The notes under the pieces: model-generated
Seen by the model: only the letters and a program-made list of their open reading frames with translations
The model's database searches: none
What the model was told of the DNA's origin: nothing
Part shown: one piece after another, positions 9,434-18,858 of the stretch
Position numbering within the stretch: the stretch's first letter is position 1
Layout of the letters: each line of letters opens with the position of its first letter
Translations under genes and position numbers: made by a program
Source: an uncultured virus (IMG/VR IMGVR_UViG_2061766007_001954)
Taxonomy: Duplodnaviria > Heunggongvirae > Uroviricota > Caudoviricetes
Direction: 5' to 3' (one strand)
Virus record (IMG/VR): IMGVR_UViG_2061766007_001954
Length of the DNA: 27,054 nt

Positions 9434-11947
9434 ATGGCAGAGAGATTACCTCAAAAAGTCAGGCTGATGACCCCGGAAGGTGCTTCCGAGGATCTGTACC
9501 TGTATCCTGTTACTGGGCTGAATGCCATCACTGTTGGCACAACCACCTCAGGCGATGCCTATAGAACATATATTGCACCTAACAGCAAAATTCTGGCGCA
9601 ATACCTCGATATCATGACTACTACTCCGACGGCTATCGCAGAGCCTGCTCTGGAGTACAAGGTCGATAACAACCGACTGGATATGATTATCAGCGGCTCT
9701 ACCATCAAAGAGTCGTATCTTCCTTTTATTGTTGATGGTAAGATTAGTACAGATTATCTGCCAGGCTATGTTGACGACGTTGTCGAAGTTCCGATTAAGC
9801 GCGGTGAGAATTATCCGTCTGGTGCGACTCTGCTGATCAGCGCTTCTGTCGCAGCTGCAGGCACTACTTACTGGTTTTATAAGAAAGTTGGTAATGAGTG
9901 GCAATATGGCGGTGGTGAATCTGGTAAGCTGTATGTGGGTGAAGGTGAGACTGATGGTGCGATCTATCGCGCAGTCAATACGTCCTCTGCTGCCAAGATT
10001 TCGGAAACGCCTTATGTTATTGACGAGACAGCCACCAACGGTGTTCATCTCACTAAGCTGAACAATACGCTGTCAGCTGTTGCTTCCTTGGCTGGTACAG
10101 GCGGTCCTGGTACGATCCAGATCGATTCAGCTTGTACAAGCCGAGGCATCACAAGCCCCGTCTGGTTTAATTTGTCCGACGGAGTTCTTTCTGTAAGTGC
10201 AGGGCTTGCTGCCACAAATATGGCTGGCGCAGTCTTCGCTGTCGGTACGGATGCGGATTATAATACTCTGATCAGTGCCGGACATGGAGCTGCTTATATC
10301 GTGCCTACTGTGGCATGGACCAAGCAGATGATCACCAGCGGTATTATCGGCGTTGGACAAGCTTCCTATTCCGAATACGGCATTGTTAAGATTCAGGAAG
10401 GCGGTGGCATCCTTGTCACATCCGGTGTGCTTAGTGTGCCTTCCGCAGACGGTGATACACGCGGTCTTACATATCTGCTTGATACCTTTAATACAGATGC
10501 TGCGGGTGATAACGGAAAAGCTGTAACCAAAGGCGCTGTTATTTCTTATATCACCTCGAATGTTGTTCCTGATCTGCAGCCAAAGCTGACAGACGGTAAC
10601 GGCATAAACATCGATTCCAATAATAAGATTTCGGTTGATACAGCTGGCGATGGTCTGGTATTCCAGGCAGCCACCAGCAAGCTGATGCTCGACAGCGCTA
10701 CTGCAACTACGCTTGGCGGTGTTATGATCACCGGGGATCCGTCTGTTATCAGCGCTGGTTCTGGCTCTTATGATGGTAAGCCGCTGGCAGCAAATCCCGC
10801 AGCTATCTCTGGGTTTGTGGCATCTGCTATAGAAGAGTATTCTTCTACTGGTGCGCGTAAGATTACAAGCGGTACCGGTATTACTATTTCGTCTGGCTCT
10901 TCCGCTGATGAGATTTCTGTGAACTATGATTCTCCGATCAGCGCATACAATGGTGCTATCACAGTTCAGAAAGCTGGACAAGATACACTTGGTGTTGTTA
11001 AAGTCGATAGTGCCAGTACAGGTGTAACAGTTGATGCAAACGGTGTCGTTCAAGCGGTGCTCGACACCACTATGATGAACATCAACGCCAGCAACCAGAT
11101 CTATGTTAGCAGCGCATCGGTCGATAGCCGTGGTGCGGTCAAGATTGTCAGCACAGGCGCACAAGCATCCAATACAGAGTCTTATAGCGGACATGTTCCT
11201 ACTGTCAGCGCTATGCAGGCTTATCTGAGTGGGGCTTATCAGAAGTCGCTCTCCTCCGGCACAGGCATCACGATAACAGATGGTGCGACAGTTTCTGTTA
11301 ATTATGGTTCGCCCATTGTGGCAGATGGTTCATCGATTACGGTGCAGAAAGCAGCGCTTGGTTCTCTAGGTGTTGTGAAAACTGCTTCTGATTATACGGG
11401 TATCGGTGTTGATAGCAACGGTGTAATATCTGCGATTATCGATACCAATATCATGGCATACGACGCCAATAATAAGCTTACAGTCAGCTCCGCTACTATA
11501 AGCTCTGGTGGTGTTGTACAGATTGTTAATACAGGTGCTCAAGCAGCTGATCCTGACACCTACAGCAGTTATGTACCTACTGTTAGTGCATTGAATGAGT
11601 TTGTTACATCGCAGATTTCAGCAGGTGCTGTTACAGTTACTGAAGGCAGTGGCATCCAGGTTACATCCTCGGCTGTTAATAGCGGAACGAACTACGCTGT
11701 AAGTGCCCGTGTCAAGTCTCCTATTGTATTTAGCGGAACCTCGATCGGCATTCAGACGGCAGCCGCATCAATTGATGGATCTCTCGCTACCACAGCACTT
11801 GGTGCAGTTTATGTTTATGGTCTTGGAATACGATCCGATTTTACAAGTGTGACAAGTACAGCCAACACAGTCCCAACTGAATCAGCTGTACGAACAGCAC
11901 TAAATGCACTACCATATATTACTTACGAAAAAGTGACTACCCTTTAA
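9434..11947 (+). CDS. Tail fibre-like protein (837 aa) with an internal ~125-aa duplication
   Basis: AGGAG RBS. Fibre motifs GKISTDYLPGYVDDVVE/GESGKLYV, repeated A-x(4)-G-[GIV]-V-K and VPT-x-x-A units, and an S/T/G/A-rich composition. Confidence 0.8.
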   Translation: MAERLPQKVRLMTPEGASEDLYLYPVTGLNAITVGTTTSGDAYRTYIAPNSKILAQYLDIMTTTPTAIAEPALEYKVDNNRLDMIISGSTIKESYLPFIVDGKISTDYLPGYVDDVVEVPIKRGENYPSGATLLISASVAAAGTTYWFYKKVGNEWQYGGGESGKLYVGEGETDGAIYRAVNTSSAAKISETPYVIDETATNGVHLTKLNNTLSAVASLAGTGGPGTIQIDSACTSRGITSPVWFNLSDGVLSVSAGLAATNMAGAVFAVGTDADYNTLISAGHGAAYIVPTVAWTKQMITSGIIGVGQASYSEYGIVKIQEGGGILVTSGVLSVPSADGDTRGLTYLLDTFNTDAAGDNGKAVTKGAVISYITSNVVPDLQPKLTDGNGINIDSNNKISVDTAGDGLVFQAATSKLMLDSATATTLGGVMITGDPSVISAGSGSYDGKPLAANPAAISGFVASAIEEYSSTGARKITSGTGITISSGSSADEISVNYDSPISAYNGAITVQKAGQDTLGVVKVDSASTGVTVDANGVVQAVLDTTMMNINASNQIYVSSASVDSRGAVKIVSTGAQASNTESYSGHVPTVSAMQAYLSGAYQKSLSSGTGITITDGATVSVNYGSPIVADGSSITVQKAALGSLGVVKTASDYTGIGVDSNGVISAIIDTNIMAYDANNKLTVSSATISSGGVVQIVNTGAQAADPDTYSSYVPTVSALNEFVTSQISAGAVTVTEGSGIQVTSSAVNSGTNYAVSARVKSPIVFSGTSIGIQTAAASIDGSLATTALGAVYVYGLGIRSDFTSVTSTANTVPTESAVRTALNALPYITYEKVTTL

Positions 11948-11970
11948 TTTAACAGGAGAGGAGTTCGATT

Positions 11971-14900
11971 ATGGCAAACACATATACAGCCTCTTCTGGT
12001 GTTCGTCTGTTTGATGTCCGGTCTTCTGGCGTTCTGCTGTATCCTGAGACATCGCTGCCGATGGTCCAGATGGAGACCTTCGGCGGTGTTGTTTCAAGTG
12101 GTACGAGCCTTGGGCTCGATGCGCAAAGTGCGTGGGATAGCGGACTCGATGATATTGTTTCTGGTTCGTACTGCCCGCTTAGCAAAGTAATTGATGGCAA
12201 TACACAGTATGCTGACATGTATACAGCGGGCGGTACCGCTACAGTTACCGATATTGGTACAAGCACAGGTTATGGCACGCTGCTGAATACGGTGGAAGTC
12301 ACGACGGTTGTTCGTGGTTATGACTCGGCGACAGATGATCTTATCCCGACTGAAAAAGCAGTTGCAGCTGGTCTTGCTACGAAGCAGGAAGTGCTGAGCG
12401 CGGGTAGTGGCATTGATCTTGTGCCCGATGGTTATGGAACAACAGTTCTGTCTGTTAATGGTGCTATAGCTGTTGCAGATCTTACTAATGCATCTCAGGA
12501 TCTTTATCCAACAGAATACGCAGTTAGATTTGCGATCAATGCTGCAGCAGATAATGCACAGAACAACGCCGTCAATATTGTAACCAGCCAGATCGCTGCT
12601 GCAGGATATGCTAATAGCGCATGGTGTTTGAATACATTCTTGCAGAAAGGTGAGTCTCCTGAGCCGACTCCTGGTGACGTTCCTTATGCAACTTATGATA
12701 CAGCCGGCAAGGTAATGCCACTGGAGAGCCATGGTCTTGTACTTGGTGGTCAAGGTTCAATGAACCTTATGGTCGCTCCTATCTACAGCACGCATGATTC
12801 AGCGACGGCTGCAGCGTCATACTATGTTGGCGGTGTTAAAGTCTTGAATGCTTTTACTGGCGTCACTAGTGACTATCAGTTGTCTGCATATGTTCCTAAT
12901 ACATATGCTGTGCATGACTATTGTTATACCAATTATGTAAGTAAGACAGATTATGCTGTAAAAAGCAACGGCGCCGTTGCTGGTAAGGCTGGTATTGTTG
13001 AACCATTTGCCGGTTTGTCGATGACAAGTACAAGCAGACTTAGTGTAATACCTGCCACATCCAACCTTATTGGTGGTGTTATGGTTCCATCTAATAAGGG
13101 CCTGACTCTTGGCAATACAGGTTCACTTACTCTGTCAGCAGCTACTGTTGGGGCTAGCACAATTACATATGCTAGTGCAGTTACATCTGTAACGAATGGG
13201 TTGATCGGTGGTGCCTATGTGATGAATCACGTGGAATCTGCAACTGCCACTGCACATAAATCTAGGGCTATTGTTCCGTCTGTAGACGCTGTTTGGAGTT
13301 ATGGTCAAGAGAACTTTATTAGCAACACCACATCTGCCGCTTATGTTGATACCAGTAATGGTAGTCAGGTTGGTACAACAGTTATTCCGCTTGGCGGCGT
13401 CCGCGTTTGGACCTCTGGCGGTGTTGCTGTAAATAATGGTGTGCTCTATCTGCAGGCTGCCACCGACACTTCTATGGGTGGCATTAAAGTTGGTTCTGGA
13501 CTTGCGATGTCTGCAAGTGTTACTGGAGGTGCTGCAGATAAGCTTTATCTCAAGAGTGCAACAACGACATCAATCGGTGGTGTTAAAGTCCCAACTGGAA
13601 GCGGGCTTAGCCTGACAGCCGGCACACTTAAGCTGTCTTCTGCAACAACCACCGCGCTTGGCGGTGTTGTTGTCGGTGCTGGTCTGCAGGTAACAGACGG
13701 CACTGTTTCTGTGGCCGGTGGTGAAGTTGATGCATCTTATAATGGGCCGTTCGCTGTTTCATACGATGACCCCACCGATAATACATCTGTCGTCAATATA
13801 AGCGGTGGCTATGTTAAGTGGCTTGATGGTCAGCTGTATGTAAACAGCGCTACCAACGTGATTATGCCCTCTACCGAGTTCATGTATCTTACAGGAAGTT
13901 CTGGTACAGTTGCTGGACAACAGATTGTAGACACACTTTATAACATCAAATCTGGGACAACTGTCTATAGCCGCACAACGTCAGCTGCCAAGAATAACCG
14001 CATTAAATGGGGTACTACAGGTGGCTCTGCTTGGATTGAAGATGCTGTGCCAGCTGTAAATACAGTGCTTTATACCAACTCTACAGGCGATACGTCTAGA
14101 GGTAAAGTTACATCTGTAGTCGGTTATAGCATTAGTGTTGCCACCGTGGAAGGTGGGACTGCTACATACCCACGTATACAGTCCGATGAAATAAATGGAA
14201 CCGAGTGGGGGTCTGCAACGATGACAGTGCAGACTCAATCCATCGTTGTAGGCGGCACTAATATTGCCTATAAGACTGGAACTGTACAAGATGGCCGTTA
14301 TAATTGGGTTAATGGTAACGGCAATGGTGGTGTTTGGACTGATTCTGAGACGCCCGAAATTGGCGACACAGCATATAGAGCGTCTACTGGTAGCGATGTA
14401 GCTGATACAATTACAGGGCTTAATGCTGTTTTCAATTGTACACGGTCTATGCTGTACACAACGGAAGATAAATGCTACTGGACAACAGACGATGAAGATA
14501 CGTCTGTATGGACAAGAGAAAAAGATCCGGTTAATGGAACACCCGTCTACGGTAGTGATGCATTCGCTTTTGTTATAGGTTATGCTTCTAATGTTCAGAT
14601 AACTGCAGTTTATACAGCCGCCGGACTGCCCTATACAGGAACATATACGATGCCTGTCCGTGGTGACTATAACTTTACATTCACTACATCACAGCCATCT
14701 TTGCCACCGGCTGGTAGATTCTATACGATGCTTGCGCAGAATAGCGATGAAGGCGGCGCTGATCAGATTGTACAGCACCAATATGGAACTATTTGGCATG
14801 AGCACTGGGGAGATGACTACAGAGGACAATTTGCTGTAAGTCGTGTTACACTGTCCCAGGAAACTGCTGATGCTGCTGTTATCGGTACGTATCCCTATAA

Positions 14901-15294
14901 ATATGTTGTTAATGGTGGGCGTCTGTATGGCGGTATTGACTTTAGACATGGTCGCCTGTGGAATGGCTCGATAATTTCAGGTGGTATCATTCTAGCACCC
15001 GGTGATATAGAGTATCCGAAAGTCATCATTAGCGGTACCACTTATTCTGATGCGTTGTATTTCCCATATGGGGGAACAAACGAAGTATGGCTTAATATTT
15101 GGAGCGGCTCATGGGCTACAACATATGGTGGGCCTGGTGGAACAACCTCTAGCTGGCATACTGTTGTGCATTCTCAGTGTCTTGAGGGCTATATCAAAAA
15201 TTGCTATTCTGTGCAGCTCGGATGGCTTACACCTAATGGGGCTCCTCAGCAAGAGCATAAAGGCGCAATCGCGATCAGAGGACGGTGGGCATAA
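11971..15294 (+). CDS. Long tail fibre-like protein (1107 aa) with C-terminal YxG[PQ]F modules
   Basis: AGGAGAGGAG RBS. PTEKAV/PTEYAV and ATTTSIGGVKV/ATTTALGGVVVG fibre repeats. Ends QQEHKGAIAIRGRWA*. Confidence 0.8.
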   Translation: MANTYTASSGVRLFDVRSSGVLLYPETSLPMVQMETFGGVVSSGTSLGLDAQSAWDSGLDDIVSGSYCPLSKVIDGNTQYADMYTAGGTATVTDIGTSTGYGTLLNTVEVTTVVRGYDSATDDLIPTEKAVAAGLATKQEVLSAGSGIDLVPDGYGTTVLSVNGAIAVADLTNASQDLYPTEYAVRFAINAAADNAQNNAVNIVTSQIAAAGYANSAWCLNTFLQKGESPEPTPGDVPYATYDTAGKVMPLESHGLVLGGQGSMNLMVAPIYSTHDSATAAASYYVGGVKVLNAFTGVTSDYQLSAYVPNTYAVHDYCYTNYVSKTDYAVKSNGAVAGKAGIVEPFAGLSMTSTSRLSVIPATSNLIGGVMVPSNKGLTLGNTGSLTLSAATVGASTITYASAVTSVTNGLIGGAYVMNHVESATATAHKSRAIVPSVDAVWSYGQENFISNTTSAAYVDTSNGSQVGTTVIPLGGVRVWTSGGVAVNNGVLYLQAATDTSMGGIKVGSGLAMSASVTGGAADKLYLKSATTTSIGGVKVPTGSGLSLTAGTLKLSSATTTALGGVVVGAGLQVTDGTVSVAGGEVDASYNGPFAVSYDDPTDNTSVVNISGGYVKWLDGQLYVNSATNVIMPSTEFMYLTGSSGTVAGQQIVDTLYNIKSGTTVYSRTTSAAKNNRIKWGTTGGSAWIEDAVPAVNTVLYTNSTGDTSRGKVTSVVGYSISVATVEGGTATYPRIQSDEINGTEWGSATMTVQTQSIVVGGTNIAYKTGTVQDGRYNWVNGNGNGGVWTDSETPEIGDTAYRASTGSDVADTITGLNAVFNCTRSMLYTTEDKCYWTTDDEDTSVWTREKDPVNGTPVYGSDAFAFVIGYASNVQITAVYTAAGLPYTGTYTMPVRGDYNFTFTTSQPSLPPAGRFYTMLAQNSDEGGADQIVQHQYGTIWHEHWGDDYRGQFAVSRVTLSQETADAAVIGTYPYKYVVNGGRLYGGIDFRHGRLWNGSIISGGIILAPGDIEYPKVIISGTTYSDALYFPYGGTNEVWLNIWSGSWATTYGGPGGTTSSWHTVVHSQCLEGYIKNCYSVQLGWLTPNGAPQQEHKGAIAIRGRWA

Positions 15295-15786
15295 TGGCCG
15301 ATAAGCTTAGTCTTAAATGGATAGATGGAAATGATGTGGTGACTGTTCCTGGNNNNNNNNNNCCACTCCGACATCTGATGGTGGATCTTTGCGAGCTGTC
15401 ATGGCAAATATCCTTCCTGTTGAATGGGCAAAAGAACGAAAATGGATGCTCGATGAGATTCGGTATACTGGTTCTGGTGGAGCAGACGTGATGCCTATCA
15501 ANNNNNNNNNNNNNNNNNNNNNNNNNNNNNNNNNNNNNNNNNNNNNNNNNNNNNNNNNNTCCTGTAGACTCACTATATTCAAGCTCCTATGTTGATAGCT
15601 CTGGTACATATGAATCATATAGCCTGTATACACTTGGACAATTTGGTGCCATTGTTAACGAGCCTGACCAGATGACAGTACATCATTCCAGCTTTGTAGC
15701 ATCTGCTGTTGATTGTGATTTGTATAACAGTGATGGGTCCTATGATTCTCCAAATCAATTTTCAAGTGCTGTAGATGTGGCTGCAT
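15294..15786 (+). CDS. Gap-broken fragments of a divergent homologue of the 15869..18457 protein
   Basis: TAATG-coupled start MADKLSLKWIDGN (cf. MAIGRKSIMWVHGN). Fragment LRAVMANILPVEWAKERKWMLDEIRYT matches LRGTLGINLPVEYAKERKWMLDELSWT. Interrupted by N runs, so true length is unknown. Confidence 0.6.
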
Positions 15787-15796
15787 NNNNNNNNNN

Positions 15797-15869
15797 CTGG
15801 ATTACTGTAAATGGTGCTCCGCAGCAAGAGCATAAAGGATCAATAGCAATTAGAGGTAGGTGGGCATAA
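15797..15869 (+). repeat. Second, divergent copy of the 3' end of the 1107-aa fibre gene
   Basis: WITVNGAPQQEHKGSIAIRGRWA* versus WLTPNGAPQQEHKGAIAIRGRWA* at ~15223-15294. Shared blocks CAGCAAGAGCATAAAGG and GGTGGGCATAATGGC, with mostly third-position differences between them. Confidence 0.9.
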
Positions 15870-18457
15870 TGGCAATCGGCAGAAAGAGTATCATGTGGGT
15901 GCATGGTAACACAAACACCACTACACCAACTATTACGGCTGAAACAACATTCAATGTGGATAACCCCGTTTTTTGGACACCGTTCTCTGTATTGAGCGGA
16001 CTTGCCAGTGGCTATTGTGAACGTAGAGCACTCCTGGATAATACATTTATTACGGGTGCCAGTACGAGCATTGTATGGAACCAGGACAGTACAGCAGATG
16101 AAGATGTTACAGCCAGGGCTACGGTTGTTAGTAACTGTATGCATAATCTCGCGCTGGGGTCTGATACAGACCATCTGTTCTACAATGCTAATGCAACGCT
16201 CGCGCCTATTGGAAGTGCTGCTGATACTACAAGTAATTACATGACAGCGTTAGACAGTGCTATTGTTAAGCTGATCGATACAGATGCCCCGAGCTATTAT
16301 GTTCCTGCCACCGGAGCTACAGCATATACAGATTTTGCTAATCTTGGCGCATCTGCAGCTGTTACGGCAAATGCTGCCGGCTCATCTATACAGACACCGG
16401 TTCGTGGGGGTGGTACAACGCTTCGTGGCACCCTTGGAATAAATCTTCCGGTCGAGTATGCTAAAGAGCGAAAGTGGATGCTGGACGAGTTGAGCTGGAC
16501 GCTTGGCGGAGTTTCAGAGGATCAAGTTCTATTGGCCGGAACCGAGATGCCTTATGCTGTTCTTTCTAATACATCTACAGAGACAGAAAACACATATCCT
16601 AATTTGTATACATCTGCAATAACAGATGCAACAGCACAGGATCTGGATTATTCTGGTAATGAAGTCGTTGGGTACTTTAGCGCCAGTGTACTAAATGATC
16701 GGAATTCATACGCCAGTGCAACAAAAGTTGGATACTATGGCAAACTTCAGTGCAGTTCCGGCTGGACAACAACTGATATAATTGTGGATGGGACAACATA
16801 TACAAAAGCAGGTGCTGTTGTTGAAGATCTCCAGCCGTGGGCCGCATCTACTAATCCTCAAGTGTTTGTTTATACTGATGCTGAGGAAGAGCCACACATA
16901 GATACACTAGCTTATCTAGATACCGGGAAAACTCAATACGAGTATGTTCAGGATGCTATACGTGTACCGAAATGGGCAGGTGCTGCAGCCACATTATATA
17001 TAGATCGATGGTCATACACATCAGCATGGTCGGGTGATAGCCCCGTAAGAAGCCTTCCTATAGATTATACAGGAAAAGATAGTGAAGAGGACACGCTGAT
17101 GGAGTATGTTACACAGGCTACAACAGCTGTGCAAAATGGTCGTTACTGTGTCTTGGACGGTGGTATACTTACATTGCCTACAGGTGTTACGGCTAGACTT
17201 ATCGATGTGCAGTCTGGGGGAAGCTTAATCGCTGCTGGTGGCTTTGTTAACTCTATGAATGTGATGGAGGGGGGCTCTGTTAGCCCGTATCATACAGCAA
17301 CAAATGTGGTTACCTACGCAGGACTCTATAACTATGCAGCTATTAATTATAAAGATGTAACACAAAATACAGCATTTGCTACCCGTCCAGCTTTTCCGAA
17401 TGCTGAATTTACAAATATGACAGTAGTTACTGGTAATTATACAGATACAAATAAAAATGTGTACGTATCTGGCGGTACAGCAGATATAACAGCTGGAACC
17501 GGCCAGAGGGTAACATGTGTTGTTTGTGATGGAGGCCATGCTACGATATCTGGTGGCTTGTTGAAGGCTGTGGTTAGTAGCGGTGGACATCTTACCACCA
17601 CATCAGATTGTATACCATTGTATGTATATGTAATGTCGGGTGGTACTATGACAGTGGGCGAAGCTACGCATTTACATGGTCAGGCAGAGAACGCTGATAT
17701 CGTCGTTAATTCCGGAGGAAGTGTAGTATTCACAGACCTTGTGGATTCGTCTATTCATTATCCTAACTTCGCACTACAAGTAACACCGGGGGCATATATA
17801 GATGTTTCACAGAATGCCGGGCTTAAAAAGATATCATATAATTTAGACGGGGAGACAATAACATTTTATTCCTTCCAGCCAATAGCAGATATAACCGATG
17901 CTTTTAGCAATGGCGTTCCTAGCACTCCAGCTGATGAATTCTTTGGCGATGTTGTTATCAATCAATTCAATCCATTTGGTTTAACATACTTATCAGGAGG
18001 CACCTCTACTGTTTTACATACAGGATGGAATACAGTTTCTGTTGCGTCTTTCTTCCCTTGCAAGGAGGATGTGGATCTAGGTGGTGACTCTATGGTCGGA
18101 TATGCTCCATTTTTTGGCACAGATGATGCGACAGCTGGTAGAACAAATGCTTTGAGTGTAGATATTGAACCACACCAGCCAACAGATGGTCAGGGCAATG
18201 TCGTAAATAATGGAACTATCCATTTTACATCATATACAATAACCTCGAATACGCAAGTTTCTCCAACAGAATATTCTTATACAAATAACGGAACCGGGAA
18301 CAGTCAATCTTTATTGGGTCTGTATGATCAAGATGGCTGTCGCCTACTTAATGCTGCGCGAGTGTATGCTGTAAATTTCCCTTTGAAGGGCGGCAGAGAG
18401 AATCATTACACCGAGTTCTATGTTCGTCAGCGTGAAGAGTATGCACCATCAACCTGA
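15869..18457 (+). CDS. Putative receptor-binding/adhesin-like virion protein (~862 aa) with AIDA-like V-x-[SE]-G-G beta-helix repeats
   Basis: Likely ATG at 15869 overlapping TAA (TAATG). Repeats VLDGG, VQSGG, VMEGG, VSGG, VCDGG, VSSGG, VMSGG, VNSGG at ~17140-17730. Confidence 0.6.
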   Translation: MAIGRKSIMWVHGNTNTTTPTITAETTFNVDNPVFWTPFSVLSGLASGYCERRALLDNTFITGASTSIVWNQDSTADEDVTARATVVSNCMHNLALGSDTDHLFYNANATLAPIGSAADTTSNYMTALDSAIVKLIDTDAPSYYVPATGATAYTDFANLGASAAVTANAAGSSIQTPVRGGGTTLRGTLGINLPVEYAKERKWMLDELSWTLGGVSEDQVLLAGTEMPYAVLSNTSTETENTYPNLYTSAITDATAQDLDYSGNEVVGYFSASVLNDRNSYASATKVGYYGKLQCSSGWTTTDIIVDGTTYTKAGAVVEDLQPWAASTNPQVFVYTDAEEEPHIDTLAYLDTGKTQYEYVQDAIRVPKWAGAAATLYIDRWSYTSAWSGDSPVRSLPIDYTGKDSEEDTLMEYVTQATTAVQNGRYCVLDGGILTLPTGVTARLIDVQSGGSLIAAGGFVNSMNVMEGGSVSPYHTATNVVTYAGLYNYAAINYKDVTQNTAFATRPAFPNAEFTNMTVVTGNYTDTNKNVYVSGGTADITAGTGQRVTCVVCDGGHATISGGLLKAVVSSGGHLTTTSDCIPLYVYVMSGGTMTVGEATHLHGQAENADIVVNSGGSVVFTDLVDSSIHYPNFALQVTPGAYIDVSQNAGLKKISYNLDGETITFYSFQPIADITDAFSNGVPSTPADEFFGDVVINQFNPFGLTYLSGGTSTVLHTGWNTVSVASFFPCKEDVDLGGDSMVGYAPFFGTDDATAGRTNALSVDIEPHQPTDGQGNVVNNGTIHFTSYTITSNTQVSPTEYSYTNNGTGNSQSLLGLYDQDGCRLLNAARVYAVNFPLKGGRENHYTEFYVRQREEYAPST

Positions 18458-18494
18458 CGCCCTCCCTCTTATAAGTTAACTATGAGGTCTCATT

Positions 18495-18836
18495 ATGTCC
18501 AATCTTACTGAAGTGCTTACTCCAGGCGGTACAGTTACCAACTACGACTTTCCGCCTACTGGATATCCATCCGATTTCGATCCTGTTACAAAACTCACCG
18601 AATGCCCCATGTGGCCTGATGGTCCATGTCAAGGCGGCGGTGGCTCTTCTGCAAAAGCCAAAAATATGACGTCTGAAGAGCGTCTTGCTATCACACCTGA
18701 TCCTGGTCAGCTCATTTATGATACTACCCTCAATCTTCTGTTCGTTGGTGATGGTTCTACAGAGGGCGGTGTCCAGGTCGAGTCCACTGATCAGGCGGAC
18801 TTCTCTCGTGTTGTTTTTCATGACCCTGCTGAATAA
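18495..18836 (+). CDS. Small protein (113 aa) with an Mtd N-terminal-like (tail-fibre anchor) domain
   Basis: GAGG RBS. TSEERLAITPDPGQLIYDTTLNLLFVGDGSTEGG fits the G-[EQ]-x-x-Y-D-T...[VI]-G-D-G-x-T-x-G-G pattern of Mtd_N-type domains. Confidence 0.65.
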   Translation: MSNLTEVLTPGGTVTNYDFPPTGYPSDFDPVTKLTECPMWPDGPCQGGGGSSAKAKNMTSEERLAITPDPGQLIYDTTLNLLFVGDGSTEGGVQVESTDQADFSRVVFHDPAE

Positions 18837-18858
18837 TAAACCAGAAGGATAATTTCTT

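Noticed and set aside
15222..15900. Invertible shufflon for tail fibres
   Set aside because: The copies are in direct orientation, with no inverted repeats or recombinase seen.
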